From Octopus vulgaris (lineage: Eukaryota), in NCBI GenBank assembly GCA_951406725.2, contig OX597838.1, forward strand, positions 18,352,001 through 18,416,000: 64,000 nucleotides of DNA, in the 5' to 3' direction. The notes under the pieces are model-generated. The model was not told the DNA's origin, did not search any database, and worked only from the letters and a program-made list of their open reading frames with translations. Of the stretch, positions 27,600 through 41,712 are shown piece after piece; position 1 is the stretch's first letter, and each line of letters opens with the position of its first letter. Position numbers and translations under genes: made by a program.

Positions 27600-28050
27600 T
27601 GTAGTGTTGTTGTTGATGATGGTGGTGGTGGTGGTGGTGGTGGTGGTGGTGATAACCATGGTGATGGTGGTGGCAATGGTAATTGGTCTGGTCTAGAGGT
27701 ATTGGTGGTGGTGGTAGTGGTGGTGGTGGTGGTGGTGGTGGTGGTGGTGGTGGTAGTGGTGATGGTGGTGGTGATGCAATAGTGATTGGTCTGGTCTAGA
27801 GGTAGTGGTGGTGGTGGTGGTGGGTGGTGGTGGTGGTGGTGGTGGTGGTGGTAGTGGTGATGGTGGTGGTGATGCAATAGTGATTGGTCTGGTCTAGAGG
27901 TAGTGGTGGTGGTGGTGGTGATGGTGGTGGTGGTGGTGGTGATAGCCGTGGCGATGGTGGTGGCAATAGTGATTGGTCTGGTGGTGATGGTAGTGGTGGT
28001 GGTGGCAATAGTGATTAGTCTGTTCTAGAGATAGTGGTGGTGGTGGTGAT
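27600..28050. repeat. (GGT)n-derived minisatellite
   Basis: GCAATAGTGATTGGTCTGGTCTAGAGGTAGTGG-type unit recurs about 5 times within GGT runs. Confidence 0.8.
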
Positions 28051-28236
28051 AGCGATGATAGGGTGCGACGGTGGAGTGGTTGCGGAGATTGATGACGGTG
28101 GGATGACGGTTCATGTGATCGTGATGACGGTAATGGTAATGTTGACCATTGTGGTAGGGAAATACCGCCGTTGATTGTCGATGACGGTGATGATGAGGAG
28201 GGGTTGTGGTGAAGTGGGGAGCAGAAGGGTTAGAAA

Positions 28237-28680
28237 AGGCAGCGAGCTGGCAGAAACGTTAGCGCTCCGGGCGAAATGCTTAGCGGTATTTTGTCCGCCG
28301 CTACGTTCTGAGTTCAAACTCCGCCGAGGTCGACTTTGCCTTTCATCCTTTCGGGGTCGATAAATTAACTACCAGTTTCGCACTGGGGTCGATGTAATCG
28401 ACTTGATACCTTTTGTCTGTCCTTGTTTGTCCGCTCTGTGTTTAGCCCCTTGTGGGTAGTAAAGAAATAGGTATTTTGTCCGCCGCTTACGGGTATTACG
28501 TGCCGCTAGTTCTGAGTTCAAATTCCGCCGAGGTCAACTTAGCCTTTCATCCATCCTTTCGGGGTCAATTAAATAAGTACCAGTTACGCACTGGAGTCGA
28601 TATAATCGACTTAATCCGTTTGTCTGTTCTTGTTTGTCCCCTCTGTGTTTAGCCCCTTGTGGGCAGTAAAGAAATAAGAA
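28237..28680 (+). mobile_element. SINE family B dimer
   Basis: One complete unit followed by a headless second unit. Confidence 0.8.
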
Positions 28681-28844
28681 AGGTTAGAAAAGGAGGAGAG
28701 GGTTGAGGGCAAGGAAGAAGAGGAGGAGGAAGGCAAAGAAGAAGAAGAAGAGGATGAAAGTAAAGGAAAGGAGGATGTGAAGGATGGTGAGGTCGTGAAC
28801 GATGACGGCAATAATGGAAAACAATAACGGGGATGCCGTCGACG

Positions 28845-29165
<321 letters not shown>

Positions 29166-29549
29166 TTATCATTGTGATAGGGCCATGACACTTAGTTGTT
29201 GTTAATGAAGATGAGGAGGAGGTAAGTGGTGGAGCAGAAGGGGATGAAGAGGAGGAGGAGATGGAAGAAGGCAAGTAGGAAGAAGGCGAAGTCGTGGACG
29301 ACGACAATATCGGCCATAACAACTACGGCGACAAAGACGACGGCGTCGGCGATGACGATGGTACTACTGCTGCTGATGATGATGATGATGAGGATGATGA
29401 TGATGATGACAGGGATGAGTAACCGGATATTGATCTCAAAATCTGCTGATACGTTAATATTGTTTCGTCACCATGAGCAATGGCAGCATTAGCTGATTTA
29501 ATTAAACCACTTGCACCGTCTCCACCTCCCTAGATTCTGAAAAACCTCC

Positions 29550-29598
<49 letters not shown>

Positions 29599-29644
29599 GA
29601 GAAACACCGAGAGAAAGAAAAACCTCAGAATGCATTCTTTGTTA

Positions 29645-30050
29645 TTTACTCTTTTTACTTGTTTCAGTCATTTGACTGCGGCCATGCTGGGGCACCGCCT
29701 TTAGTCGAGAAAATCGACCCCAGGACTTATTCTTTGTAAGCTTAGTACTTATCATATCGGACTCTTTTGTCGAACCGGTAAGTTACGGGGACGTAAACAC
29801 ACCAGCATCGGTTGTCAAGCGATGTAGGGTGGGAGGACAAATACAAGCACACAAACACACACATATATACATATTCATATATACGACGGGCTTCTTTCAG
29901 TTTCCGTCTACCAAATCTACTCACAAGGCTTTGGTCGGCCTGAGGCTATAAGTAGAAGACTCTTGCCCAAGGTGCCACGCAATGAGACTGAACCCGGAAC
30001 TATGTGGTTGGTAAGCAAGCTACTTACCACACAGTCACTCCTGCACCTAT
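29645..30050 (-). mobile_element. SINE family A
   Basis: Full reverse-complement match. Confidence 0.85.
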
Positions 30051-31163
30051 CTGAATAAATGTGTTGTGATGTGGTGGACAGAACAAAGATGACGTGCAAC
30101 ATGAGTCAGTGTTTATTCGAGATATTTTGTCCTGAGTATGACGTTAAACTGCATCCGTTAGTAGGCCCTTGGTTTGGAAGTTCCAAGGTTTTAAGGATCC
30201 TTTAAACCACTATTTGTTCCTGAATCTACTCAGGCTCGGAGGAGGAGTAGCACCTTTTACAGATCCAACTATGGGCTAAATTGCCGCGTGGAAAGACATC
30301 GCTCCTGTGCAGTGGCATGTTAAATGTAAATGAGCACTGTTTTATTTTCATCACCGCTGCTTAGCGGACTTAAATAGTCACAGCTTGACAAAGCTTTGTA
30401 CACGCCAGCAGACAAAGTTTTTGCTGTTTACATACAGGATCGACAGTTATTTTATGTAAACTGCAAAAAATACATTTGCTGGTAAGTGAAAATCTTTGTC
30501 AAACTGGAATTAATTATAAGCGCATTAAGTAGCGACGATGAACGGCTGTTCCTGTATTTAAATTCCCTTAGCTACAAAATGATGATTGTTACTGATGAAG
30601 CGCATTTGCACATAAACACACGTTCGGCAATCCGATGATATTATTCAGAACGTAGCTTCAAGTGTTTCTATTCACATAATCTATAAACGGATCTCCGAGA
30701 CGAACAGCGGGAGTCTTTACACCTTTGTGTGTACACAACCATATTAAATACTAACGTACTCAGCTTTATCTTAATTACATACGGCTTGTAATAACATCAT
30801 AATTTGGCTATTGATTTCTATACTTGATGAAACATAAATATGCTGAAACAGTCTGTCTATAGATATAAATGTTTGAGAAATATGAAGCATAAAATGAATT
30901 ATAAATTTAAATCTTTACATATCGTAGAGAGTCACTTAAGAAAAATATTTTCATTCTACACGATTCGTTTTCTAACAGAAAATATTGGATAATCAGTCAG
31001 TAAAATACTTTCATGACAAATATAGCAGCTGCAATGAAACCTTATTGAAACGCAAAATGTTGGTCGTGCTGTGGAGGACACCATTATGAATGTAAATTTA
31101 TATTAACAGCAAACGTGAAAAAAAGAAACAGTTCGGATACAGCCTATACGTATGTATAGATGT

Positions 31164-31203
<40 letters not shown>

Positions 31204-31207
<4 letters not shown>

Positions 31208-31493
31208 ATAGAAATGGTAAGAGAACAAAAGAATGAAAGAGACCTCGATATTATGTAATTAGAAAAAATTATCTGTAAATATAATATGTGACAATTATTC
31301 GGTAGCCATGATAAAACTCCGAATTTCCGATGTCGGGGCGGAAACCCCGCCGCCATCTCTTCAGTTATTTTATCTTCAGGAATTTTTTCGATGGCTGGAT
31401 AACTGAAGAGAAGGCTACGTGGGTTTCCGCCCCGACATCCGAAACTCGGAGTTTTATCATGGCTACCGAATAATTGTCACATATTATATTTAC

Positions 31494-31498
<5 letters not shown>
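31204..31498. mobile_element. (TA)n-inserted palindromic element with two hammerhead motifs (family H2)
   Basis: Inverted arms at ~31270-31368 and ~31399-31498, a one-sided extension at 31204-31269, and (TA)n on both flanks. Confidence 0.8.
31398..31458 (+). ncRNA. Type I hammerhead ribozyme motif
   Basis: gataa-CTGAAGA-g...gacatcc-GAAA-ctcggag-TT-ttatc. Stem I is 5 bp, triplet GUU. Mirror copy on the minus strand at ~31310-31368. Base of stem II is imperfect. Confidence 0.7.
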
Positions 31499-31540
<42 letters not shown>

Positions 31541-31569
31541 TATTATTATTATTAAAGCTGCAAAAATCT

Positions 31570-31682
31570 TCACAAACTGTTACTCACATATTCACGTTCC
31601 CTGTTGGTCCGACAGTTGTGATCATACATGATCGTATCTGTGCGACGAATGGGAACGTGAAACTCTGAGTAACAGTTTGTGA
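31570..31682. repeat. Imperfect inverted repeat made of two decayed hammerhead-like motifs (family H3)
   Basis: Plus: ctgt-gCGACGA-atgggaacgt-GAAA-ctctgag-TA-acag. Minus: aactgt-CGGACCA-acagggaacgt-GAAT-atgtgag-TA-acagtt. Confidence 0.6.
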
Positions 31683-31783
31683 CGCCATTTTCGGCTTTAA
31701 TAAACAGCATATTACTCTACCTTCGGTATTCGGGAACTATTTTGCATTTACGAGCTAACTCCACTTCCTCTCTCTCTCTCCAC

Positions 31784-31829
<46 letters not shown>

Positions 31830-32914
31830 GCACGAGTATGTATGTATATGCATATGTTTATGTATATTTGAATAGATAGGAAGATACATACATACATACA
31901 TACATACATACATACATACATACATACATACATACATACATACATACATACATACATACATACATACATACATACATACACACACGCGATAGATGATATC
32001 GAAAAATAAGATTCTGAAATAAGCAAACCACAGCTACTCTGTCATTGACAAAAAAAAAACGGGTGGAAGAAAAGGAAAGAAATCTTAGAATGGTTTATTG
32101 GAGATTACTAAACATAAGCAAAATGTATTTGAAGAACTAATAGGAAAATAAATGGTTTTGTACCAATGTAGGTCTTTGAAGAATGAACTTCCAATACCAC
32201 CAACATATATATCCGTAATTCCCGGTGGAATAATTTCTTTGGTAAAAAATACAAGATTTCTTTTTCTGTCGGTCTTTGCCGCTTTTTTTTTTGTGTGTGT
32301 GTGTATACAGACTATTGATTAATACATAGACACGCACATACAGACACACACGCACACGTACACATACATACGCACAAACACACACAAATATGTACAAACG
32401 CACTTACACACAAACACAAACACACACACACACACAAACACGCTCTTTCTCTCTCTCTCACACACACAAATACACACACGGGGATTGTAAAGGTTTGCTG
32501 TTTCATTTTTTGGCTCACTTCTGCTTTGTTCCTGTATAAAAGGGGTAGATTTTAAAAATATGTATAAATTCATATATACATAAACTTAATATAGTTATCT
32601 TGTTTAAGACGGTCAGCTAGTTTGAACGTTAGCACACCGGGAAATGCTTTATGTTCTAAGTTCAAATTCCGCCGAAGAATTTAAACGAAGGATGAGTAAC
32701 CTCTTCCTCCATATTGCAGGCCTTGTGCCAAAACTGGAATTCACCATCACCATTAATATTATATTAACCATAATATTTCATACCTCGCCAGCGTATTTGA
32801 CCTCACCTGGTCAAATACAAAATTAATTATTTACAAACATAAGATCCATTAATACATTGCCCTCGCTTAATTCTTGTTTCTCAATTTACACTCACTTGGC
32901 TCCTTTTCCCTCGT

Positions 32915-33600
32915 TTAACCCTTTCGATACCAACCCACCCGAAACTGCCTCTGGCTCTGTAGTACAAATGTGTTGTTTTCAAAAGTTTTGAATTAAAACC
33001 ATCCACCAAATCTTAGTCACAATTTATGTTCCTAACACTAGCTGAATGATAACTAAGTTTTTTTATACTAAATTCTTTGTTATATTTAACCTTTTTGACA
33101 CCAACCTGGCTGAAACCACCTCTGGCTCTGTAGTACAAATGTGTTGTTTTCAAAAATTCTGAATTAAAATCTTCCACCAAAACTTAGTCTCAAGTTATAT
33201 TCCTAACACTAGCTTAATGATAACTAAGTTTTTTTTTTACAAAATTCTTTGTTATATTTAACCTTTTTGATACCAACCCACCTGGAACTGCCTCTGGCTC
33301 TGTAGTACAAATGTGTTGTTTTCAAAAGTTTTGAATTAAAACCAGCCACCAAATCTTAATCACAATTTATATTCCTAACACTAGCTTAATGATAACTAAG
33401 TCTTTTTTTACTAAATTCTTTGTTATATTTAACCTTTTTGATACCAACCCACCTGAAACCGCCTCTGGCTCTGTAGTACAAATGTGTTGTTTTCAAAAAT
33501 TCTGAATTAAAATCTTCCACCAAAACTTAGTATCGAGTTATGTTCCTAACACAAACTTAATGATAACTAAGTTATTTTACTAAATTCATTGTTATATTTA
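32915..33600 (+). repeat. Tandem repeat, 4 units of ~171 bp, each beginning TTAACC
   Basis: Units start at ~32915, 33086, 33258 and 33429. Each contains CCTCTGGCTCTGTAGTACAAATGTGTTGTTTTCAAAA. Confidence 0.9.
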
Positions 33601-33796
33601 AAATAATTAAAAGAAACACAGAGCATCTAATTTTGTTGCATGGACCCCACACAAAAAATCTTGTATGGAATGGCATGGACGATATAGGACCCCGTTGAGA
33701 ATCGCTGGATTAAACAATTAGAATTACATTTGTAAAGAAGAGAGAAAATCTTTGCTTTATTGGAAATTATATATATAATTAGAAGCAATGACAGAA

Positions 33797-33879
<83 letters not shown>

Positions 33880-34188
33880 TATGTTTGACTTTTGCTTTAC
33901 ATTTGTACGAGTTGGCTACAAGTCTCACCCAGAGACCTCAAGAGACAACAGGTTGGAAGTTCATGTTGTTGTTATGCCTAGTGTGTCATATATTTGGTTT
34001 TGTATTTAGTGTTGGACTAGTGAATGTCTAAAAAAAACCATACGAAAATTATGTTTGTTTTAAAACTTGAGATTACATAGAAAGTATTTTGCGTAGGATA
34101 TGAGCAGTTCCCATGAGCACTATCTTTTGAATTTCTGCCATTTTGAGGTTTCCTGGTATCTGAGTTAGGTAGTATTTTATTATTAGCA
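33880..34188 (-). mobile_element. R4/Dong-like LINE 3' end inserted in (TAA)n
   Basis: YLTQIPGNLKMAEIQKIVLMGTAHILRKILSM* is a typical R4/Dong C-terminus (QKxxLLGTAxILR), followed by a 3' UTR, with (TAA)n on both sides. Confidence 0.75.
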
Positions 34189-34249
<61 letters not shown>

Positions 34250-34254
34250 GTTGC

Positions 34255-34297
<43 letters not shown>

Positions 34298-34317
34298 ATT
34301 ATTATTATTATTATTAC

Positions 34318-34350
<33 letters not shown>

Positions 34351-34497
34351 TAAGGGAGTTCACTTTTAGTGGATTCCCTGTCATATATGTATTAATAATA
34401 TTTACTGAATCTCAGTTTTTTATGCGCTAAAGCATTGGTGTTAAACTGATATTATTAAATTAATATACAGTTTTTCACCCTCATTTTGATTTTAATT

Positions 34498-34546
<49 letters not shown>

Positions 34547-34554
<8 letters not shown>

Positions 34555-35107
34555 AGTGAATTGAAGAAATGGAGTTGAACGAAGATTGAACAGAAATCGT
34601 TTTATTGCATTCTACACGTGTTTCGAAAGCCACAATTTACCAAATTCCGATTGAATAAGGAGACCATATTGTGTCTTTCTCTTCAGGAAGAAATAGGAAA
34701 TCCGTTGGAAAAAACAAAAACAGAACAGAGGCGGAGCAAAACAAATCGAACGAGGCTCCTAAGAGCCCATGGCCAAACTCTGTTTGGCCATTCCAACGGA
34801 TTTCCTATTTCTTCCTGAAGAGAAAGACACAATATGGTCTCCTTATTCAATCGGAATTTGGTAAATTGTGGCTTTCGAAACACGTGTAGAATGCAATAAA
34901 ACGATTTCTGTTCAATCTTCGTTCAACTCCATTTCTTCAATTCACTAATAATATTAAAATTCAATTATCTGCACCAACGCATGGTTGCAACACCATATGG
35001 TTGTACCTCCAACCGTGCTGTCTTCTGCTGTGATTTTTGCTACCAAGGTATCGGTTAAACTTTTGATTAATCTGCAACAAGATTATTCATCTTTCTATTT
35101 CACAAAA
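34547..35107. mobile_element. (TA)n-inserted family H1 element: perfect 164-bp inverted arms, each with a hammerhead ribozyme motif
   Basis: Arms at 34547-34710 and 34791-34954, an 80-bp spacer, and a unique 3' extension homologous to 5985-6130. Confidence 0.85.
34812..34891 (+). ncRNA. Type I hammerhead ribozyme motif with long stem II (mirror copy on minus strand at 34610-34689)
   Basis: ttc-CTGAAGA-gaaagacacaat...attgtggctttc-GAAA-c acgt g-TA-gaa, then AATAAA at 34895. Loop III is the palindrome ACGT. Confidence 0.8.
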
Positions 35108-35781
35108 TATATATATATATCAAGCAAGGTACGCAAGCCTAAAACGGAAATTATTTAAAAGTTGAACTGAGAACGGGTATGTATTTAGATACGTGTTCAT
35201 ATATTAAATCATTCGACTCTCACTTAAATGTTCTTTCTTTCGTGTGTGGAAAATATCTTTAGGGAAATTTTCCAATGTCATTATAATAACGATTCCACAG
35301 CATTTACAACCGAATCAGTTCTGGTTTAGCGAATTGTTTACAAGTGTTAGTAGCAAGGATGAAATCTCTTTGGAATATTCTTCTTTTGATAGGAATTGGA
35401 TCCTTTTTTTTTTTTTTTTTTGCTATTTCATCTTTTGCATTGGATCTGTAATATTATTTTCTTTCTCTATTTATTCATGGCATGTTTGATGTATCCGTTT
35501 ATTCATTGGTCCTACCATACTCATGGCTAACGTTTTTCCAATGTAATCTAATATCAAAAGGTTTTTGGTAACCCTATCCAAACCATGTTCAGACTCACTT
35601 CCGCTTCCAGTAACTGATCTTTACAACCATGCCAGTCTTGTAGGGTTTTCTTTCTTCTCCTGGAAGTGGCGGTTTTTTTGTTGGCGGGGGGGGGTGGTGT
35701 TAACTTAACCATTGAAATAGTATTGCTATTGAAGTTATATATATATTAGCAGCCACGTTATGGGTCTCTCTAATATATGTA

Positions 35782-35864
<83 letters not shown>

Positions 35865-35872
35865 CATTATTA

Positions 35873-35948
<76 letters not shown>

Positions 35949-36026
35949 TATTATTATTATCACAATCATTATTATTACTATTATTATTATTATTATTATT
36001 ATTATTACTGATGATGATGGTGGTGG

Positions 36027-36063
<37 letters not shown>

Positions 36064-36551
36064 AAAATAATAAAGGAAAAGTAAGAGACTACTACAGAAG
36101 AATGAAGCTGATGCTAAGGACAACCGAATACTAGAAAGATGATAAGTATCAATGCATTAACCATTCCTATTATAAACTGCAGTTCCAGCCTAAACAAAGT
36201 AAAAGTTATGAGAATTGAAGAGCTTACAGAGAGAACGAATAAATAAATAAATAAATAAATAAACAAATATATAAAAGACAGGAAACTATTAACAACGTTC
36301 CGAAGTCCCTAACACAAACTGATATATATATATATGTACATGGAATGTGACTAGCCCGCACACAGAGGGGAGAGAGCATGATCCAAATAGAAAACTATTA
36401 CAAAATAACAACAGTAGGATTTTAAAAACTACTTAGAAGCAATGACAGAGAAATTTATTAGAGTGATAAGGGAAATGAAGAATGAAGAACTTTGCCCTTT
36501 CTGTCTCTGTCTCTTTTTCTGTCTGTCTGTCTGTCTCTCTCTCTGTCTCTT

Positions 36552-36586
<35 letters not shown>

Positions 36587-36927
36587 CGCTACTCAGTAGG
36601 GAAGTTCTTCAGAGAGATGGTTAACAATGGTCCAAAAACGTTCGAGCTACTGAAAGTGCAGAATCAGGGCTAACTTTAGCTGCATAAAACTGATACATAC
36701 CCACAAATGTTGTTTTCTTTTAAAAAGGAAAATATATAGGCCGCAGACAACGTGGCAGTGTGGGAAGAAGCTTGTTTCTCAACCACATGGTTTCGGGTTC
36801 GGTCCTACTGTATGACACTTTGGGCAAGTGTCTTCTACTATAACCTGGGGCCAAACAAACTCTTCTGAGTGGATTTGGTAGACGGTAACTGAAAGAAGTC
36901 CATCGTATATGTATATGTGTGTATGTG

Positions 36928-36974
<47 letters not shown>

Positions 36975-37427
36975 TCCCACAGTTTGACAACCGGCGATGG
37001 TGTGTTTACGACCCCTAATCTAGCGTTTCGGCAGAAGAGATCGATAGAGTAAACACCAGACTGAAGAAAACAAAAAAAGGCCTGAGATTAATCAGTTCGG
37101 CTAAAATTTTTCAAAGTGGTGCCCCAGCATGACTGCAATCAAATGAACGAAACAAATAAAAGATGGAAGATAAAAGATAATAAAAACATGTAAGCATAAA
37201 ATGTACTAAGAGTATTATACCCGTAGGGAGCAAAAAAAACTTAGTAATTTCAATATTATACGTATTTTCTGTTTTCCATTGCGTAAGTGTTGTCTGTTTA
37301 AAGCTCACATTTTCTGTTATCGCTGTTGCGGTTGATTCTACTACGGCGAGTTCATTTTTCTGCCAGTTCTGTGGCAGCGAGTGTTAAACACGAGAAAATA
37401 TTGCAAATGGCTGATGAGAGAAATATA

Positions 37428-37821
37428 TACTCTTTTACTCTCTTTTACTTGTTTCAGTCATTTAACTGCGGCCATGCTGGAGCACCGCCTTTAATCGAGC
37501 AACTCGACCCCGGGACTGATTCTTTTGTAAGCCCAGTACTTATTCTATCGGTCTCTTTTGCCGAACCGCTAGGTAACGGGGATATAAACACACCAGCATA
37601 GGTTGTCAAGCAATGCTAGGGGACAAACACAGACACACAAACACACACACGCATATATATATACATTTCAGTTTCCATCTACCAAATCCACTCACAAGGC
37701 TTTGGTCGGCTCGAGGCTATAGTAGAAGACACTTGCCCAAGATTCCACGCAGTGGGACTGAACCCGGAACCACGTGGTTGGTAAACAAGCTACTTACCAC
37801 ACAGCCACTCCTGCGCCTATA
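37428..37821 (-). mobile_element. SINE family A (a diverged plus-strand copy lies at ~36740-37160)
   Basis: Reverse-complement match. Confidence 0.85.
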
Positions 37822-38068
37822 TGCAGATAAAAGATTTTATTTTTTTAAACATGTTTAGACGAGCCTTTGTATTTGTTATAAGGTTTTGCGGGTGGATATT
37901 CAATAGTCCAAAGACCTTTGATGAGTGAAAAAGGTAAAAAAAAAAAAACCCTTGTAAAAATTACTTTTTCCCCCCGAGGCTTTTATATTGACGCCTATTC
38001 GGTTAAACAGTCGAGTATGATATTAGTGAGGAACAAGGATGATGCTGATGCTGATGATGATGATGATA

Positions 38069-38101
<33 letters not shown>

Positions 38102-38490
38102 GTGATGACGACGACGATGATGATAATGATGATGACGACGATGATGATAATGATGATGATGACGATGATGACGATGATGATGATGATGATGACGACGACG
38201 ACGACGACGACGATGATGATGATGATGGCGACGACGATGGCGACGATGATGACGATGATGACAATAAAAATGATAACAGCAACGCAATAATAGTCGTTTT
38301 ACATATTGACACAAATCCAGCGATGTTATGAGAAAAGGAATAGTCAAACACATTGACCCTCTCCCCCAGTACGTGACAGGTACTTATTTTATCTACCGAA
38401 AAGGATGAAGGCGGTGAAGGCAAAGTGGAATTTGAACTCAGAACGTAAAGACAGACGAGCTGCTGCAAATATTTTTTTTTGCCCGCAACC

Positions 38491-38701
<211 letters not shown>

Positions 38702-39049
38702 GTAATAATAATAATGATAATAATAAATAACAACGACCACAATAATTATAATAATCACCGAAGCTACCAATTAAAATAAATAAATTTCTTCGCTGATTTA
38801 AATATGGTGGCAATTAAATGTCACAAGTCATTTAAATTGTGTTTCTAAAGAAATTGCGACTCCATCAGTCGATATAGCGATTTGAATACAATCATCACCA
38901 CATCACCATCATCATTATCATCATCATCATTATAATACAACCGCTATTATCATTACATCATTATAACGCTATCACTGTTATCATCATCGTCATCATCATC
39001 GACAACAGCATAAGCATCATAATCATTATCTTAATCATCAGCAACGCAA

Positions 39050-39790
39050 TCCCTGTCACCAAAGCCATCACCGCTACCAGTTCCACCATGACAAACACCA
39101 CTACCACCGCCACAGCACCATCAACATCAGCATCAACATCAGCAGCATTGCTCTCACCACCATCGCTATGATAGTACTATCACCACCGCCACCGCCACCA
39201 CCACCACCACCACCACAATTACCATGGCAACCACCACCACTACAACCTCCAGAACCACCACCTCCGCCACTACCACTACAAGTGCCACAACCACCAACAC
39301 CAGTACCACCACCGCAACCACCGCCACAACTACCACCACCACCACAATCACCACAGCAACCACTACCACAACTACCACCACCACTACAACCTTCAGAACC
39401 ACTGCCACCGCCACTACCACCACAAACAACAGCAACAACACCAGCAGCACCACCACCACTACAACCTCCAGAACCACCACCTCAGCCACAAGTGCCACAA
39501 CCACCAACACCAGTACCACCTCCACAACCAAAACCGCAACCACCGCCACAACTACCACCACCACCAACAACAACACCACCACAACATCCAGAACCACCGA
39601 CACCGCCACTAGCACCACAAGTGTCACAAACAACAAGAACAGCACCAGTACCACCACTACCACAACCTCCAGAACCACCAGCACCACCACCAACACGAAC
39701 ACCACCACCATTACAACAGTCCGTTCATCTTCACCACAAGGACCACCACCACCACCACCACTAGCACCATCATCATCATTATGATCATCA
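39050..39790. repeat. Degenerate (ACC)n low-complexity tract with internal block duplications
   Basis: ACCACCACTACAACCTCCAGAACCACC recurs about 4 times, and CAAGTGCCACAACCACCAACACCAGTACCACC twice. Confidence 0.8.
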
Positions 39791-39991
39791 TTATAAAAAT
39801 CCATCACCACATTTCATAATTACCGCCATCACTACCATCATCATCATCAACATCATGATGAAAGTTTCATATATTTTATGCACAAAATTGATTACAAGAT
39901 TTCATTTATGGATTTCTCACAGTATAAGTTGTCGGCGATGCATTTATATACTTAAATATGTTGTTTGTTGTTGTTGCTGTTGTAATCATCA

Positions 39992-40064
<73 letters not shown>

Positions 40065-40115
40065 TATTATTATTATCATTATTATCATTATTATTATTAT
40101 TATTATTATTATTAA

Positions 40116-40160
<45 letters not shown>

Positions 40161-40162
40161 CA

Positions 40163-40214
<52 letters not shown>

Positions 40215-40252
40215 CATTATTATTATCATTATTATTATTATTATCATTATCA

Positions 40253-40301
<49 letters not shown>

Positions 40302-40340
40302 CATCATTATTATTATCATTATTATTATTATTATTATTAA

Positions 40341-40373
<33 letters not shown>

Positions 40374-40375
40374 CA

Positions 40376-40433
<58 letters not shown>

Positions 40434-40757
40434 CATTATTATTATTATCATTATTATTATCATTATTATTATTATTATTATCATTGCGTTTTGAAAACTA
40501 TGAAAGAGACAGAAAATTAGTTTCTCTAAATATTACAGCAAATATCGCAACACGTGACAAACGGATGGCGAGTGGGGGAAGCTCGCGGCGGAATGGGATG
40601 AGGGAGAAGTGGAGAGGCAGGTGGTGGTGGTGGTGGTGGTGGGTCCTTTCAATTTCTGTTATTTACAGAACATGACATAAGGAAGGCAAGCTGTCATATG
40701 TGCGTGTCTGTGTGAATAGGTGCGTGTGTGTGTGGTATGTGTGCACAATCACAAACG

Positions 40758-40791
<34 letters not shown>

Positions 40792-40837
40792 TGTATATAT
40801 GTATGTATGTACGTATGTATGTATGTATGTATGTATG

Positions 40838-40872
<35 letters not shown>

Positions 40873-40904
40873 TTAGCTCTCACTTTCTCTCTCTCTCTCT
40901 CTCC

Positions 40905-41712
<808 letters not shown>

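Noticed and set aside
30575-30625. CTGATGA as a hammerhead core
   Set aside because: No stem II/GAAA partner. The frame reads TDEAHLHIN, more like a decayed Tc1/mariner SDEAHF motif, and is too weak to annotate.
32915-33600. CRISPR-like array
   Set aside because: Whole units are repeated, with no unique spacers, in a eukaryotic context.
39168-39784. Mucin-like (Thr-rich) or Pro/Gln-rich ORFs
   Set aside because: Degenerate (ACC)n tract open in multiple frames, with no signal peptide or splice evidence.
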